From the NCBI RefSeq assembly GCF_964355755.1, contig NC_092670.1:5818201-5882200 (forward strand): DNA of 64,000 nucleotides. Direction: 5' to 3'. Below, one piece after another: positions 1 to 59,600 of the stretch; the first letter of the stretch is position 1, and the number at the start of each line of letters is the position of its first letter. The position numbers were made by a program, and so were the translations under genes. Source of the stretch: Antedon mediterranea. Lineage: Eukaryota > Animalia > Echinodermata. The notes beneath the pieces are model-generated. The model made no database searches, was not told the origin of the DNA, and saw nothing but the letters and a program-made list of their open reading frames with translations.

Positions 1-446
1 CTAAAGCCTCCACCAAACAAAAAATCAAAAATACAATAATGTACACCAAGAAACTAGTTTTAGTTACAAGCGTAAACTCACCCTTCTGAGTATTGTTTTA
101 CTGTAAACTTTTAAATAAAAATGCAGGCAACGAAACATTGGAATATTCGGTAAAAATACTATTGCCGAAACAGTTTAAGTTGATTATTAATAATTATACT
201 ATTACATGTCAAAGTTTGACGTGTTTTAACTTATTAGGCCCTGTATTAATGAATAACAGTATATCATTACACGTTGTATAAACTCTCCAAAAACTTCAAA
301 TTGAAACTGTAGTTAAGTTGTTAAACTAATACAAATATAAATAAAATGTCTAATTAATATGTCGTAATGGTAAAGTACAGTATATAATAACTATGCATAA
401 TCCCTCCACCAAATTTAGAAGTTGTGTTATTAATATTAACAGAAAC

Positions 447-44100
<43,654 letters not shown>

Positions 44101-44300
44101 TTTTAAACCATTTCTGCTACTTGATAGTTATAATTACAACAACGCAACGTATACAGAGATGTGTCGTTTACTAAACTAAAACTAGCAGTTGATACAGAGA
44201 CAATGTATCATGTACGGCTCATGATTGGCGGTTCATGTGTATACCTTTGTCTCCTAGCAACAATACTTTCTTAAAACCAACCCTAATTTAGATGTACTGT
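44101..44300 (-). promoter_or_regulatory. Putative 5'UTR/proximal promoter of gene A
   Basis: Immediately upstream of the ATG exon, with CCAAT at 44224-44228. Duplicated at 27180-27380. Confidence 0.3.
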
Positions 44301-47300
44301 ATTGGTAGACTATTATGAAAACGTATTATAGAAGTAACTATTTACAAGTCAACATTTTCAAGCGTTGTGTTCGACATTGAACGGTATCATACATTCATTA
44401 GGTGTGAACATGTATAGAACAAAATTGTGATTATTTTTCGCTTTTCTTCTAAACCATAGATTAATTATAAATCTTAAAGAAATCGTGTACATTCGTACAA
44501 AAATGAATGTTATAAAAAGACAAATGAGTATGAACAGGGAAGAGTGTAATTAGTAGTAAGTAATTTAACTCTTCCCTGGTATAAATCATATGCATGACGC
44601 TTTCACGTTTTTATGTTGTTAATATTATAATTCATACAAGATAGATTTAAACTAGGATGTAATATCATGTCATGAATAAAAATAAGATAAGATAATCTAA
44701 ATAAACTATAAGTTTATATAATTACAAAGGAGGAAAGGTAGGCTACATAATTCTATTGTAATCTGTCACAAAGTCAATTACAGTATTAGTGTTTTTCTCT
44801 GTTTTAAAAAATGAATTCTGTTTAGATATCTAGAATCCATCGTATCTAGATACGATGGATTCTTTTAGAGTGTGTTTAGGTGTGGAAACTATAAGTGCTA
44901 TGGTGGTAGACACTAAACAGTTCAGACGTGTCTTTCATTTCCTGTTGCCTGGGTATCTCCTTTGGTGGTTACCATTTCTTTAAGAATTACTTTGTGCATG
45001 ATTTGATATTCACACTGACTGACACACTATCAGAGTAACATTATTGATTGTTATTGTAAAAGGGCTGCGCATGTATCGTTACATTCGTTAACATAAACAA
45101 TCCAATGTTTGTATGTAATTTCCTGATAGGTCTACAAAATGTGTTGTTCATGATTGCGATCAATACACAACTACATTTCAAAAATTAAAATGATTGATTT
45201 AAAAACAAAACTTGGCAACATCATAGAGTACTATCGATAGTTGTTATAATATAGTGGTAATGCATGATCAATTCCTGTGTATATTCAAATGCATCTCAGA
45301 AGTAGTCTACTGTTTGCATACGTTTGTTATACTGAATCAAACAATTTCCACATTCTAGTATGTAGAATATTAAAGACTATGAGACTACTGTTATTTTTAC
45401 CAATTCGGATTTAAAATGTACTGCAATCAAATACACAAACAAATAGATACTTAGAACTAGTTACTGCAAGTTTTTTTATTTTCTTTTATAAAAATTATTA
45501 TACACGATTATCATTTTCTAAAAGGTCATCTAATCAAAATAAATGTAAGCTTTTTTTTGTGTTATGTTAATAGTTATTTTATTATAATTAGGATTAAGTA
45601 ATCACATGAATACAAGAGATAAGATGCTTTAAAATAATAGGATAATAATATTATTAATTTAATAGGAGGACAGTTCATAAAATGTATTAAAATCTTAGTA
45701 ACAAAATCAATTACAGTAATATTCTTTGTTCTGCTTTTTCAAAAGTCCACACGTGCGTTTTATTTCCTGTTGCTTTGGTATCTTGGTTTTTGTAATCATC
45801 TCTATAAGATGTGATCATTGACGCGCTACAAGAGCAACATTATTGATCGTTATTGTAAAAAGGTTGTGCATGACGTAAACATAAACAATCCAATGTTTGT
45901 AAGTAATTTCCTGATAGGCCTACCTAGATGTTTTGTTTATGATTATGATCATAGGCCTACAAAATTACATTCCAACAAAATTAGATTGATTGATTGAAGC
46001 AAACGTCGTGTTATCACACGTGTAACGCGACTCTACAGCTCACTATGTCGGTCGGTCAGTCGGTCGGTTGGTTGGTTGATCGATAAATACTAACTCAAAT
46101 TTGAGCACGCGACTGCAGCCTTTGATGATATATGTTTTATTGAAAAAGAAAACAGGCGTTGAGCTAACAAAAGTGTAACAAATAAGTGATTCAGTTTTGT
46201 TATAACAAACATAAGTGGATTCTTGTCATTCTTTAACAATTGTGAGTCACATGATATTAAAATAACTGCACTGTAGCACGCTTGACGGCATGTAGAATGG
46301 AGTACTACTATAATGTCATGGATCGAATCGCCCCGCCGATGTTGTGCTTCGCCGTCACAAAAAACAACATTCAATATGACACTCGATCAGAACATTTTCG
46401 GAATGAGATACGTAGTAATTTAGACTAAAAATATCGTTTGCATAATTTTGATTCAATAATGGCAACAACTTTACAAGACATAGAACGTTGAAAACAAAAA
46501 AACAGAATTAACATTGGCAATATTTATTTTTGTATAACATTTAATGGGCCCAGACATTTTGTAATATATTCAAAACCTCAAAATAGCCTAATAATAAGCA
46601 AAATAATAATAATAATAAGAATAATAACACTAATAATATTAATAATAATATAATATGTATATAATTTCTTATTTTGTAAATTTCTTAAATGCTAATTATG
46701 TATTCAGCCTATTTTCTGTATAAATGAATATATCTCTGTGTAGATTATCATTTTCATTATGTTCTTGTTTATGTTGAGGACCTCTAAACAAGCTTTGGAG
46801 CTTAAAATGGTTATCATCTGCTTTCCATATTGTACTTTTGTCATGTACACGTTGTTGAATTTCGTCTACTTTGTTGTAGATAGCAATGGATATTACAATT
46901 ACACTTAGGCTTACATCCACGACACCACTGACATCCTCAAGGTTTTTTTTTTATTAAACAAGCAAATCATTTTTGCAACAATATTAGACATATTTGTTTG
47001 TGTTTAAAACCACACTATACACACTAATAATAAAGTTTATCAAACGTTTATCACACTAGACCTAATGGCTCCGTACTGCCATGGCCAATTAAAATGGTAG
47101 AATTAAAACCATAATCAACATTACTTAATTACTGACTAATTACCTACTCCTGTATAAAATGTTTGTAGTCATTTTTTTATATAAAATGTATGACAGACCT
47201 AACTCCTAAACAATATGTTATTTTTTTGTTACAAATTTGGCATAAACGCCCCTATATGAAACTGCCTAGTATTAACTCAAAATAAATGTCCGTTATTGGT

Positions 47301-47439
47301 AAAATAGTAAATAAACATTGTAATGGTACATTCAATTGGTACATTATTTTTATCAATGCAGTGTCTGTTCTACCAACTTTCAGATGTTTTATCCTCCTTT
47401 TTTTTTTGAGTAAACACCCCTTTTATATACATTAATATC

Positions 47440-47860
47440 ACCCTAACCCCTAAATTCTGAAAGAATTGCATTGGTTGCCAGTTGAACAAAAGGTTAAGTT
47501 TAAAATTTTAGTTCAAGTTTATAATTGCGTAAATGGTCAAGCACCGGTTTACATGTGTGACTTAATTAGTAGGTACAATTGTCAAAGAGCAAGTCTAAGG
47601 TCAGAACCCGATCCGACTAAACTCAATGTTCCTCGTGTTCACCGATCATCTGGTGAACATTCATTTTTAAAGCTAGGCCCAGACGTTTGGAATAACCTTT
47701 CAAGCACAATTCGTGACTCATCTTTAATTATAATTTTCAAAAAACTCTTGAAAAAACCCCATCTTTTCCCGAAATAATTATGTTCACCAGATGATCGGTC
47801 ATTGTAAAGGGCTTTGATGCTTGTAAAGGCGCTATAAAAATTGAAATGTTAATGTTAAGG
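47440..47860 (+). mobile_element. L2/CR1-type LINE 3' fragment
   Basis: LHWLPVEQKVKFKILVQVY..APVY..RS..SF...P.VWNNL with a short tandem-repeat tail. Confidence 0.8.
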
Positions 47861-48001
47861 TTAACCCTAATCCATTCATATTTCTTTTATATTCCATAAT
47901 ACCTCTTTTTTTCATAAATTTTCTTATATTTTTCTATACTACACTTACAATAGAAGTTTTAAAAAGCAAAACTTTCAGAAATTGAAGATTTAAAGGCAAA
48001 T

Positions 48002-50660
48002 TCAGTCCCATGCATTCGTTGAAACTGGAGTTCCCGTTCTACTTCCCTTTAAGCTTGACGCAATAAATAAACCATTCAATGAGCCTGTAAACATAAAAGC
48101 AAATATAAAGATTTAATCTCGCGATACATCAGCTCCATTTGCATTTTGCACTCATTATACGACGTATGTGTTGGTATACTATACCAAAGAACACTAAAGA
48201 GTGAGGGCAAACTGTCCTATACGCATACGCATCCGTGCCACAACACGTACGGGATACGCTTCAATTTATACTTTTTTTTATTTAAGCAAAATCATTAGAG
48301 GGCTAAATGAGATAGGCATAACCTAGATTCATCGACTCATCTAGCCTAGACCGGGGCCTTGTGCCAGCATGTTTTACTTCTTTGTCTTTTCTTGAAACAT
48401 TTTTATACTAAAACCACGTTTAACATCTTAAACAACCCGTATCCCAAAAAAACGTGTGACGTAGTACACACATTTTACCCATACGTAATATGGATACGGA
48501 GGTTGCCCAAACTGCATATTTTTATTATCATAAAATATTGTTTGCCTACCAGAAGAAATGGCTTGTGATGCTGATTCATTAATATCATCTGATACAATGG
48601 TAGGACAAGGAGATGGAGTGATGGAAACAACGTTTCGTGTGTAGTTATTGACTTGCCTCGGTTGATGATGCCTTTTAACACAACAAAAACAATCATGAAA
48701 ATGTGTTGTTGTTATTCAAATGTGCACTACACGTACCTGAAACAATTCCTTGTGAAATTAAACATGACTCGGTTTTTGGTCTGCATCCAATCCCTTCTTA
48801 ATCCAATCATATCTTCTATAATACATATTTTAATTCACCTATTGTTGTATTTTTTTTTAATTAAGTGAAATGACCTGCCGCACATTTGTTTTAACATGGG
48901 TGAAGTTATTACAAAATTATTTGAAGTACATACCATTTGTATATTATCAGCACAAATACAAAGAAAACAAACACTGCAACGGAACATACTCCAATAACTA
49001 TGAATACAGTATAGGATGGTTCATCCTCACTAGGAGAAGTCTCTTTTTCAGAGTAAAGAGAAACATATGAGATTTTCATCTGAATAGCAGCCTCAATGCT
49101 CTCTTTTCCTTGTTCAATTGAAGATTTTACAGCTTGAGATGGAATGTTTTCTAAAACATAGATAATACAAATTACCAATCTTATCGACCGATTCACTTAT
49201 GTATATTCTTATTCGGAAATTTCAAATCGAATAATCTAAACCAATAATAATTCAAGTCAGACTTCATTTTACTCTCAGATAGGGTGCTAGCTAATGTACA
49301 TATACATGTGCTTTGTTGTTTCATTTTATGTCGTAACAACATCGTGTACATCTCGTCTGGGCAGTGAAGAGTTTAATTACACAATTACACAATTTAACTA
49401 TTTCCTGGTCTGGATATACCGGTAATCTAACATAATGTAAATACGCTCATTAAGTTTATTTTCTTGTAGTTAATAGATAACAATAATTCATTTGTTTCTG
49501 TATTGATCTTATTTTCAATTACTTTTTTTCAGATTTTTATGTTTTGTATTTAAACATGGGTTTCTCTGCATTTGTTGCAATACAAGAGTTAGCTGCTGCT
49601 TGAACCTATTGATGTGCTACACAACACAAAAGAGATTCTTAAGGTAGGCCTTAACCTTTAATATTGAACTGTAACATCATTTTTGGTACACAATTTTGGT
49701 TTGTGTTTTCCAAATAAATATTTTTATCATTTTAATCATATTACTATTAGCGACGGTGTGCTCCAAATATTTAATCATCTTCTTACCGTTGGCATGAGTA
49801 TTTCTTCGGGCAATATGTGTTTTATGTTGATTAGCATCCCTCCTGCGCCTTTCATCATTGTTTAGAGAACATGTTTCGGAATAATCTTTGTATTCAACCA
49901 ACAGAACGATATCAATGTTGTTATCAGTGTCCTCAGTATCTTTGATGAGCTTTACATTCTCAAGTTTTGTAATATTTGTGATTAACACATTTTTTCTAAT
50001 TTAATATTAAAGGATTATTAGTAGAAATAATGAAATATTTTAATCATAGCATCTTAAAATGAACATGTAAAGTATATACAATAATAAAACAACATTGTCC
50101 GGTTACAATCGTAAATAGGGAGTTTTCTATGTTGGCCTAAATATGAAGCTTTTTGAAACCATAGAACAGTATTGAATGAAAGAGATAATAAGGCTTATAA
50201 TAATAACTATGCATAGTTGTCTTTAAGTGTATAGATCGCAATGATTTTGTTTTTGCAAGATACTAAATTCAATAACAAAAATAAATCATTACTCACGAAT
50301 TTGTTTCTGTCCACGCACAGCAGAGATCAATATGTGTATAGCAGTATGTATTCACTGCTTTCGAAACACTGGAACGGAATATTTCCTTTTTGGTAGTCCA
50401 CTGTTTAAAAAATTAAGACAGGAATTGTAAACATAAAATATATTACTATGTTATAGTGTATTATTTATTGTAAACAATTTGCCTAAAATTATCAGTAAGT
50501 ATCAGGTTTTTTTTTAAATTACGTTTTATATTTTGTTTATCACATACGATCAAGGTATTCCGTTAGGTTAAAATGTAGTTTAAAACTTAATATTATTTGG
50601 TTTTTATTCATTTATTCACCTGTTGACCAATCAAAACAATTGAAACTTTGTGAGTGTCAC
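48002..50660 (-). CDS. Gene B juxtamembrane, TM and tail exons (paralogous to 447-3029)
   Basis: WTTKKEIFRSSVSKAVNTYCYTHIDLCCAWTE, ERRRR, TM SYTVFIVIGVCSVAVFVFFVFVLIIYK, and end STNAWD*. Confidence 0.88.
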
Positions 50661-53600
50661 CTGTAAGATACAAAGATAGATTTGGTTTAAGAGCGAGTTA
50701 TTTATATTTATAATTATATTAGACCTACTGATTTTTGTAAATTTGTTGTATACATTATACAGATATGTATATGTTGTATACATTAATATTATACTTACTA
50801 GAAGAAGTCGTTGATTGAATGTTTGTTTTAGTCACAGTGTCTGTATCTTTGTTGAACCGATTGGTATTTTGGTTTACATATGTACTTCCTGTTGGGGATG
50901 TTACATTATATGTAGTTACAACCTTTTCTTCCCTTTCTTCTGTCGTAAACTCATTATTTGAACCTTCATTTACTGTGGACTGTAAATCCGATATTCTTTC
51001 TAGTGTTGTAAGACCATTCGTACCGTCGTTTTGGTAAACAGTTTGATCATCTGTTTCCTTGGTATTCAAAGAATCGGTGAAATAGCTTTCAGTGTTTTTA
51101 GTATGTGTGTTCAAAATAGGAATGCTAGAGCTAGAGAAAACTTGGCCATTTAGTGGTGATGATGCATAGTCTTGTGTACCTTGTTTTGTAAACCATTCTG
51201 TCGGTCTATCTGTTGTTTCTATGCCAGTAGATGTATCTGTGTCATCTGTTGTCTGCGAGTGGTGCGAAGTGTCTTTGATTAAGTTCGAAGACGTGCTTTC
51301 ATATTCACTAACGGTTGATGTGGAGCGCATGGAAACTGACTTGGTTGCTTCACTACGTGGTACATTTACCTCTGGAATTGTAGTTTGAATAGACATGTCG
51401 TCATAATTCGTTGAAGTTTTGTAAGTTTGTGTAGAGGTTCCTTCCTTTTCCGGATTGGTAGTTTTGTCACTTCCATCATCAATAGTCGACCTTAAGGCTA
51501 TGTCGTCCAACATGTATGTTGGAGCCGGAGTTGTTGTTCTTTCAGTTTTTGTAATTGTAGTTTTCTCAGTTGTTTCCATATTTCCATGATAACTACTCGA
51601 TATAGAGGACATTTCATTTAACATATATATTGTAATCTGATCCGTTCGAACCGGGTCTGAAATTGTAGTTCGCCTAGTTGTTTCACGGTTTCCTTCATCA
51701 CTCCTGGGCGTAGAGTCATCCGGCATAACTATAGTAGGCATATTTGTTCCATCTGTTTCTGAAATTGAAGTTTGTTCAAAACTACTTGACCTCGAGGCTA
51801 TGCTAACTAACTTATTTAGTGTAGCTTGATCTGTTCCTCTTGTTTCTGCAATTGTAGTTTGCTCAGTTTGTTCACCTTTACTTGCATCACTATTCGAGCT
51901 TGATGACATTTCATCAGCAGTTGTAGCCGGAGTTGTTATTTCTGATTCTGTAGTTGTAAATTGTTGAATTGCAATACCTTTTTCATTATAGATACTTGAC
52001 ATTGAATCTATGTCATCTAAAATAGCAGTTGCAGTAACGTTAACTGTTGTTGTTGTTTCTGGAACTGTACCTGCCTTTGTTGTTTCTGGAACTGTACCTG
52101 CCGTTGTTGTTTCTGGAACTGTACCTGCCGTTGTTGTTTCTGGAACTGTACCTGCCGTTGTTGTTTTCCAGTTTTCTTCATCCGTATGAGAAGATATTGA
52201 TTCTGTTGCAATATTGGGATATTTGGATGTATCGACGGAAAACGCAGACGTAGTCTCCCCAGACGTTTGGACATTATCAGCAGGAAAACTAGGTTTATAA
52301 GACACGGGGATGCTGCTTTCATAGACTGTGGAAAACTGTTTGGTTTGAGATACAGAAGATGTTGGATGACTACCAGGCTTTTTATTATTACCCGTAAACA
52401 TAGGTGTAACGTTAGTATCTGTCATCTCAGTGATACTTAAAGCTGGTTGTGCTGAGGATTTGCTCTCTTCATTCGTTGGCATTGGTGTAGAAGTACTTAC
52501 AGCTTCGTTGAAATTTGCTGTGGACATCAATTTGTTCGACAATTCTGTCCGTTCAGTTATTCTTTCTGACACTTCAGTTATTGTTGTTTCTGGAATATAA
52601 ATAATGGTTAATGAAATTTGGTAGAGCTTGTCAATGTGAAAATAGCATTAAACAATGTTTAATGAAAACAATGCACAATACGCTGTGTTGTTGTGCTGGA
52701 TAACATTTACATTTCAAATACTGTTCTAGGCATGATTTTCTGAGTGATCACATCCAAAGACGTGATTTCATATTCACTAACGATTGATGCGAAGCACTTG
52801 GAAACTGACATAGTTGCTTTACTATGTGGTAGGCCTATGTTTAGTAGTGGAATTGTAGTTCGAATAGAAATACCGCCATAATTTGATGAAGTTTTGTAAG
52901 TTTGTGGAGAATTTGTAAAAGTAAAAGTTAAAAGTATAATTGTACTTTGTATTAGTTTTAAAAACAAATTATCTAAGCATACATACCATTTAAGGGTTCT
53001 GGAGAAACACATTCATATAAACTGGATTCATTTACAAAAGCACAAATTTCGCCATTTTCACATTTGCAAACATCAACGCTGAAATTAAACGTGACTGAAA
53101 ACCCACACTTGTCTTGCATATGTATCTCAAATATCGAATCAGGATTTGACATTGCAGGTGCCCAATTAAATTCTCCGGATGTAGAAATGGTTACATTAAC
53201 ATTTCCATATGTTTTGTTAAATGTTATCCCACAACCTTCTGGATCCTGTATATCAAACGTAAATGTGATTGGTTCTTGATGGATAGCTGGGTATGGATTA
53301 GACGTGTAAATGATCGGTGCAGCATCATCTAAATTATTTGTTAAAATATAACAAGAAATCATTAGTATCATAATCACAATTGTATACTAGTTGTTAATAC
53401 GTAAACGTGAGAGATTAGAAGATATAAAGTGAGTTTTTCTAACCTTTGCGAGGTAACCAGCTGTCGACAGAGTCCTCTGGTAAACATTGTTGACAGCAAT
53501 CTTCTGTATTTACATCAAATGCAGCATAGCAGTGACCGTCGATATTGCATGAGTTATTCTGAAAGAAATCACAAACTGCCATGTTTATTTTTAAAGTAAT

Positions 53601-56600
53601 TTTATTACCATATTATAACAAGTTTTTAATATTTTTATTATTTAAAGTTTTTTTTTATTTTCTGGAATCAATTTCTTCAAATTCACTTAGAGCATAAGGC
53701 ATCGTAATTAGGTCTTGCCTCATCAAAAAACTACTTTAGACTTTTACATAAATTTTTATAATAAAAGTCAACAACCTTTAAATAACATTCTCCTTCTGAT
53801 GCATTGCATACTTGGCAGACAGAATCGTATATAATCAATATTGCCATTTCTTCACTTTTCAATTCACCATCATTACTAATTGATATCAGATAACCACTCG
53901 CTACAACACCTTCTCCTGGTGAACCTGGTTGAACTGCAGGTTCCGGTAAGGCACATTTTACTTCTTGATCAGTTCTGAATATTCCTGATACAATGGAAGT
54001 TTCTTGAAGCAGTGTTACGCCAATGTCACTCACCTACATGGTTAGAAACAAAATCACAATACATATTTGTAGGCCTACGATAAACTTAGATTATATAATT
54101 CTTAGATTATTTATACATTGTTTACGGCGTGAAACTTACATTGATGTGTTGGATGTGACAAGTAATATTTCCTCTTTCATCAAAATTTTCTCCATACACT
54201 TTAGCTGATCTACAAGGTCTGCTACGAATATCACAGAGACCATCGCCAAGAACAGCAAATACTAAGGGTGGTTCAGCGAGTGAGATGGAGCAATCGCTTC
54301 CGCCAAAACCTTCGATACAGACACACGTCCCGTTTATACATTCACCCTTATCGCTACACTCATTCACACATAGCTGTCCTAACAGTTCAGTTGGTGGTAC
54401 AAGAGTTCCATTCTCTGATACTTCCCAGTATTGTGGATTTGTGGTTAGTTCTAACTGGCATCTATCTTGAAGTTCTGTCACCGTTTGTTTAGCAATAGAC
54501 TCATCATCTGCTACCTAAATAAATAATACGCATTGTAGGTCAGCAACCACAATGGAACACACAAAATACGTCACACCTGAATGTATTCTTGCTATTTGAT
54601 TGGTTACTTACACATCACGTGTCATTTTGAATTAGTGAAAAGTGATGATTTAACGCACTATTATGCAGATCAGATGTATGTACGATGGATTAATTGAATA
54701 AAAGTAGGTTTGTTATAAAAAAAAATGAATGTTTTGTGTTCGCCTCGTTAAAAATAGAGCAGTCAATTTTTCAACTCATGAAATATTCTCACCATATCCA
54801 AATTATAAATATTCTGTATCTCTATAATAGATTTATGTACATAAAACATTTTTAGAAATTATCTAAATAAGTATAATCATTATCTATAGACACGAGAAAT
54901 ATCATTACCATAATGTCAACAATGCAACCTTCAATGATGTCATCAATAGTGATCGATCCATTATTGATTGCATCTAAACAAACTTCATAAGTAGTCGAGT
55001 TCAGCAGTGTTTCTGTACAAATTTTTGTTGTATACTCTTCAGTTAATCCATTTGGAGTTGGGAATTCTGGAACCTGGTGAACATTTTAGACGAAAATAAA
55101 TTTAATCAGTGTTTAATTGTGCGGACACTAAAAGTTACAAGAAGATACAATTACGAGAGTAAAGATATTTGTTCTATATATAAGTTCTATACATGAAGAT
55201 TTAAAAGAGTTGCTTCTTCGGAAGCAGTTTAATAGTTACGAGAAACTTAAAAACTTGTATTTATTTGTTAAATTATAAATAACAGTTAGTATTACCTGTG
55301 GCTCAAAATCAGGATCGCCGTTGAAGGGAGTAAATTCGTAATTTCCTGCTTGGTCATCAAGATCATTCACCTCTACTTCTCTCTTCCTCCTTCTTACTCC
55401 GTTAGTCTCCTCGTCATCATCACTACCACAGCCTAGATTATTGTTGTTGGCGTTAAGTCCATTGCAGTGGTCACATTTAATATTTCCTTCTTCACATGAA
55501 CAATATCTTTTAATCTCATATGGGTTGTCCACGTTAAGAGCTCCCAGGAATATATTTTCATTGTTTTTTACCCTATTATTTAAAACATACACATTTAAAA
55601 TAATATATTATTTTCCTGTAAAAAAAAGACTGGAAACAAAATATGTATTAATTTAGAAATCGAAATAATAAGAGTTTAGTCTTACCTCCAACTATTATAG
55701 AATTTTCTTGGATTAACTGTATTGTAATAAGCTGGCTCGCAGTCTTCTGGTTTTACACATTTGTAATCAGGATCACCAGCATTTCCATACGAACCATACT
55801 GACCATCATTGTGTAGTTTGTTATCAAAGTTTCCGCACAACCCTTTAATATTCTCGAAATCATCCCATGAACCCGTCATAAATACACTCACATAATGACT
55901 CCAAAATAGTGTTATTGTTATGTAGGACCCTGTCGGTAGGTTAATCTAGTGAACAAAATATTTTGTTTTGGTTTTTTTTAATTTAGTATTCCCTATAGAT
56001 ATTGTCCTATTTTGCTCTTTACGTATTTTAATGTTAAAGGGTTAGAAACCATTTTGACTGTGATTTCTTTTCAAAATTAAAATGATGAATAAACTGATAA
56101 TTAGTTTTTTCGATAATAATTTTATATAGCCCTACACTTTTAATTGATAAATATCGAGAATAAATGAAGGATCTATATTATTTAGTTCTCTTATAAATTA
56201 CTTGATATCCAATTTACCTTAAATTGTCTATTTTTGTATTCAAGAGATGTGCCGGGAGTTCTTTCACCATCTTTTAATATTTCAGCTGTTGTCACTTTCG
56301 CATTAGTAGGAGTCCGCACCTCTTTTACCACTCCGTCGTGTGTAGCTTTAAATGTTGTGTAAGTGTTACCGGCACCATTGCATCGATCAACGATTAAGTG
56401 GGTGTGGCCAACTTGAACGGCAACTCCACATGTGCACGTTACGCTGTAACACTTGGCTAATCGAGTCTGAATCTATGAGATATAATTAGTTTACGAGCTT
56501 AGACTACCATTATTGCTGTTTTGTTAATTTCTGATTTACAATCTCGTCGAGGACTCAGTAATGTGTTTTTTTTTGGTGTGAATTTACCTTAATAGGCAGA

Positions 56601-59600
56601 GTAGTGTGCTCGTAGAATATGAAATCTCCAGTCCCGTAAATGTGATAATACCTGGTAATAAGGTAAAACAATTAATTAACAACTCCGGAGATTGTAATGA
56701 TTAATGATGATGGATGGATTTTAAATTGTTCACTACCGATGTTTTAATAAAATATCCACACTTTAAATATAAACATGGTTGTGAAACATACAGTAGACGT
56801 ATTTTTCTCAATATAAAAATACGCTATTCATTGAGATACTGCTAAAACAAATGTTAAAACAATAAAAATATACCATATAAAATTAAAAAAACAATAACTT
56901 ACCACCCATCAAAAGTACGGTAATGCGGATCACCACTTCCAGAACAACTTTTAACATTCACACCATTTGCAATTATCTTTATCAAAAATGAAATAAAACT
57001 TATTGTTTTATTCTGTCGTAAGTTACTCGCAATTTAAGTTTTTGTAGACATTATAGTGAACTTTATCTTATTTTAAAATATTATTAAGTTTCGTTCCATG
57101 CAGTTTATAATTAGAAGTTTCCATCAAAGAAAAATGTACAGTACGCATAAATATTAAAATTTAAATAATGCAATATAAACTATTAGTATATTATGACGAC
57201 TACAATGTTTTCGATTGATTAAAATTAACTTTGTTGTTTAATAACCCAATATATTTGTATAGAAAGAGGTGATACTCACTTTGAAAGTGGGCAAACTAGT
57301 TTGTCTTGACTTCCATATTCTACTAAGGGTCGTATCAAACGTCGCATCTCCCTTAAACCTTATATAATTTGCTTTGTTTGCATATTTGAACCACGTCTTA
57401 GCTGCTATTATATTAAACGTTGCTGGAGAAACGTTTGTAAAACGTTTTTTACAAGAATTATCCGAGTACGCATAATTGCCATCAATATCGACATCTATGT
57501 TAAATGCTATTTCTTTGATATACGAACAGAGTGATTGAGAATGACAAACAAGCGGTATGGTTGATGTAATATTAAATTCGATCCCACTATTTGCTCCGAT
57601 ATCAAATTCAATGGTGTTGTTTGGTTCGACCTTATCAATTACAAAAAAACACAAATATTTAAAATAATAATTGTTACAATTCTTCCAATTTAAGAAGTTT
57701 TTGTAACTATGAAGAAATATTCTTGTTCAGAATTGTACTTAAAAAGTTTTAAAACTATTTGAATCACCCGGGAAAGAGGTTGGGGTTCGATGGAGTAATG
57801 AAGTAGAAACACTATTGGAATTGTACTGAGAAGGTGAGGGTGATTGTGTGTTGGGTGTAATGGGATACCATCATAACTGGAATTTGAACTAAGATGGTTT
57901 TAAACTACTGGTCATCTGGGACTGGGGCGGATTTCTTTAAGTAACTTGAAAAAAAATTAAATAACCTCAGATATGTGTGTGTCCAAGATCTTATTCAGCT
58001 ATATCCGAGGTCTAAGTTTACTATTAAATGTTAAATTGATTTCAGAAATATGAAACAATATAAAAACACACGTAAAAAAATAAACAACAATAATTATAAA
58101 ATGTCTATGATTTACTCACTGTCAAGCCTGCATAGAATGTGTTACTTCTTACACGAGGTGAAAACACATCTTGTTCCTTGAACTTAAGACTAACTTCACA
58201 TTGCACCTAATTAACAACAGTCATTAATTAGGAAATTAAAAAATAGGTACTACAAATAAATGTCAATGTTTCTATTCTTCCCTAAAAGTTTATTTTTATT
58301 TGGACTCCGACCCATTTCACATAACAAAGTATGTATTATTTTCGGACCTACGGGTTTGATTATCTTGATAAGTTGTACAAACTTTGATTTGTTTAAAAGG
58401 ATATTTTTATTTGTTTATATAAACATTTCAATCAGACATATTTCCTAATCATAGATTAGACTAAATAACAATACCATATATGAATGAATGAAATTATATT
58501 TATATATATAAACTATATAAAAGCCTCGTGTTTCTGTAATTTATATATCACATTGTTATTCTGATAATTTACATAATTACAAAATAGCAGTCGTATGTTG
58601 TTACAACTATATTCATGCTATTAAATAACATTGTTTTCAACATTGATTTATTAGATGATCATTTAGAATAAAATTATCACCTATTTAATTGTTATTGTAT
58701 GAAATCTGTATTATTATTCTTCTTCTTCTTCTTTTTTTTTCTGTACACAATTATCTCAAAAAGTCAATGATCACAACAATTCCACAATATCTTTCAAACA
58801 ATTTAACTAAAAAGCTTTTCAGCTTGATCACTCATCCTTGACGTCATTTATACGCCATTTTGTAAAATCACATTATCAATCATATCTCTATAACTCGTCA
58901 TAAAAATAATATCAATAAAATTCACTACACGTAAGCTTCAGGTGAAGGGTAAAAATATTAGCAGTAAAAACGCACGCATATATAGGATCATGCGCGTACA
59001 ATTGCGCGTTAAAAATTTAAAAAGCTGAACATTATGTTTTGATCAATTTAGAGCATGAATTATAAAATTGACAAAATGCGCACAATGATTGCACAAAAGT
59101 GCTGAAAATTGTAAAAAATAATTGTTTTAAAATGAAAATATTTCTTCAGAATGCACGATGACCCCCATTTTTTTTAATTTATTCTGGAAGCCATTGAGTT
59201 GTAGATTCATGTACACATTTGACGTACACAATGTTGTGACGTCATCACATGGCCACTTCAATTTAAAATTTTGTTTTTTTTATCATTCTTCATATAATTA
59301 TTATCACATTCAATGGAACGCATCTTGCCCGATTTTCCATAAAATTTTGATATGTGCTTGCTCAATTAATTATCTTTCTCATGATTTCCACTATTTTCAT
59401 CATTACGCCTAAAAACCGTGGCGTGTAATTTCACCTTCAACATATATGAATATCTTACAGCTCTTCAGAATTAAAAGTGACCTTGATGTTTATAGTTTAT
59501 TATGAAAGCTGATGAAATGTAGTTATGAATTCATATAGGCCTACAAAATTAAGCCTATCGGACGTTGTGACGTTATCATATGGCCAGTTGAAGTTGAAAA

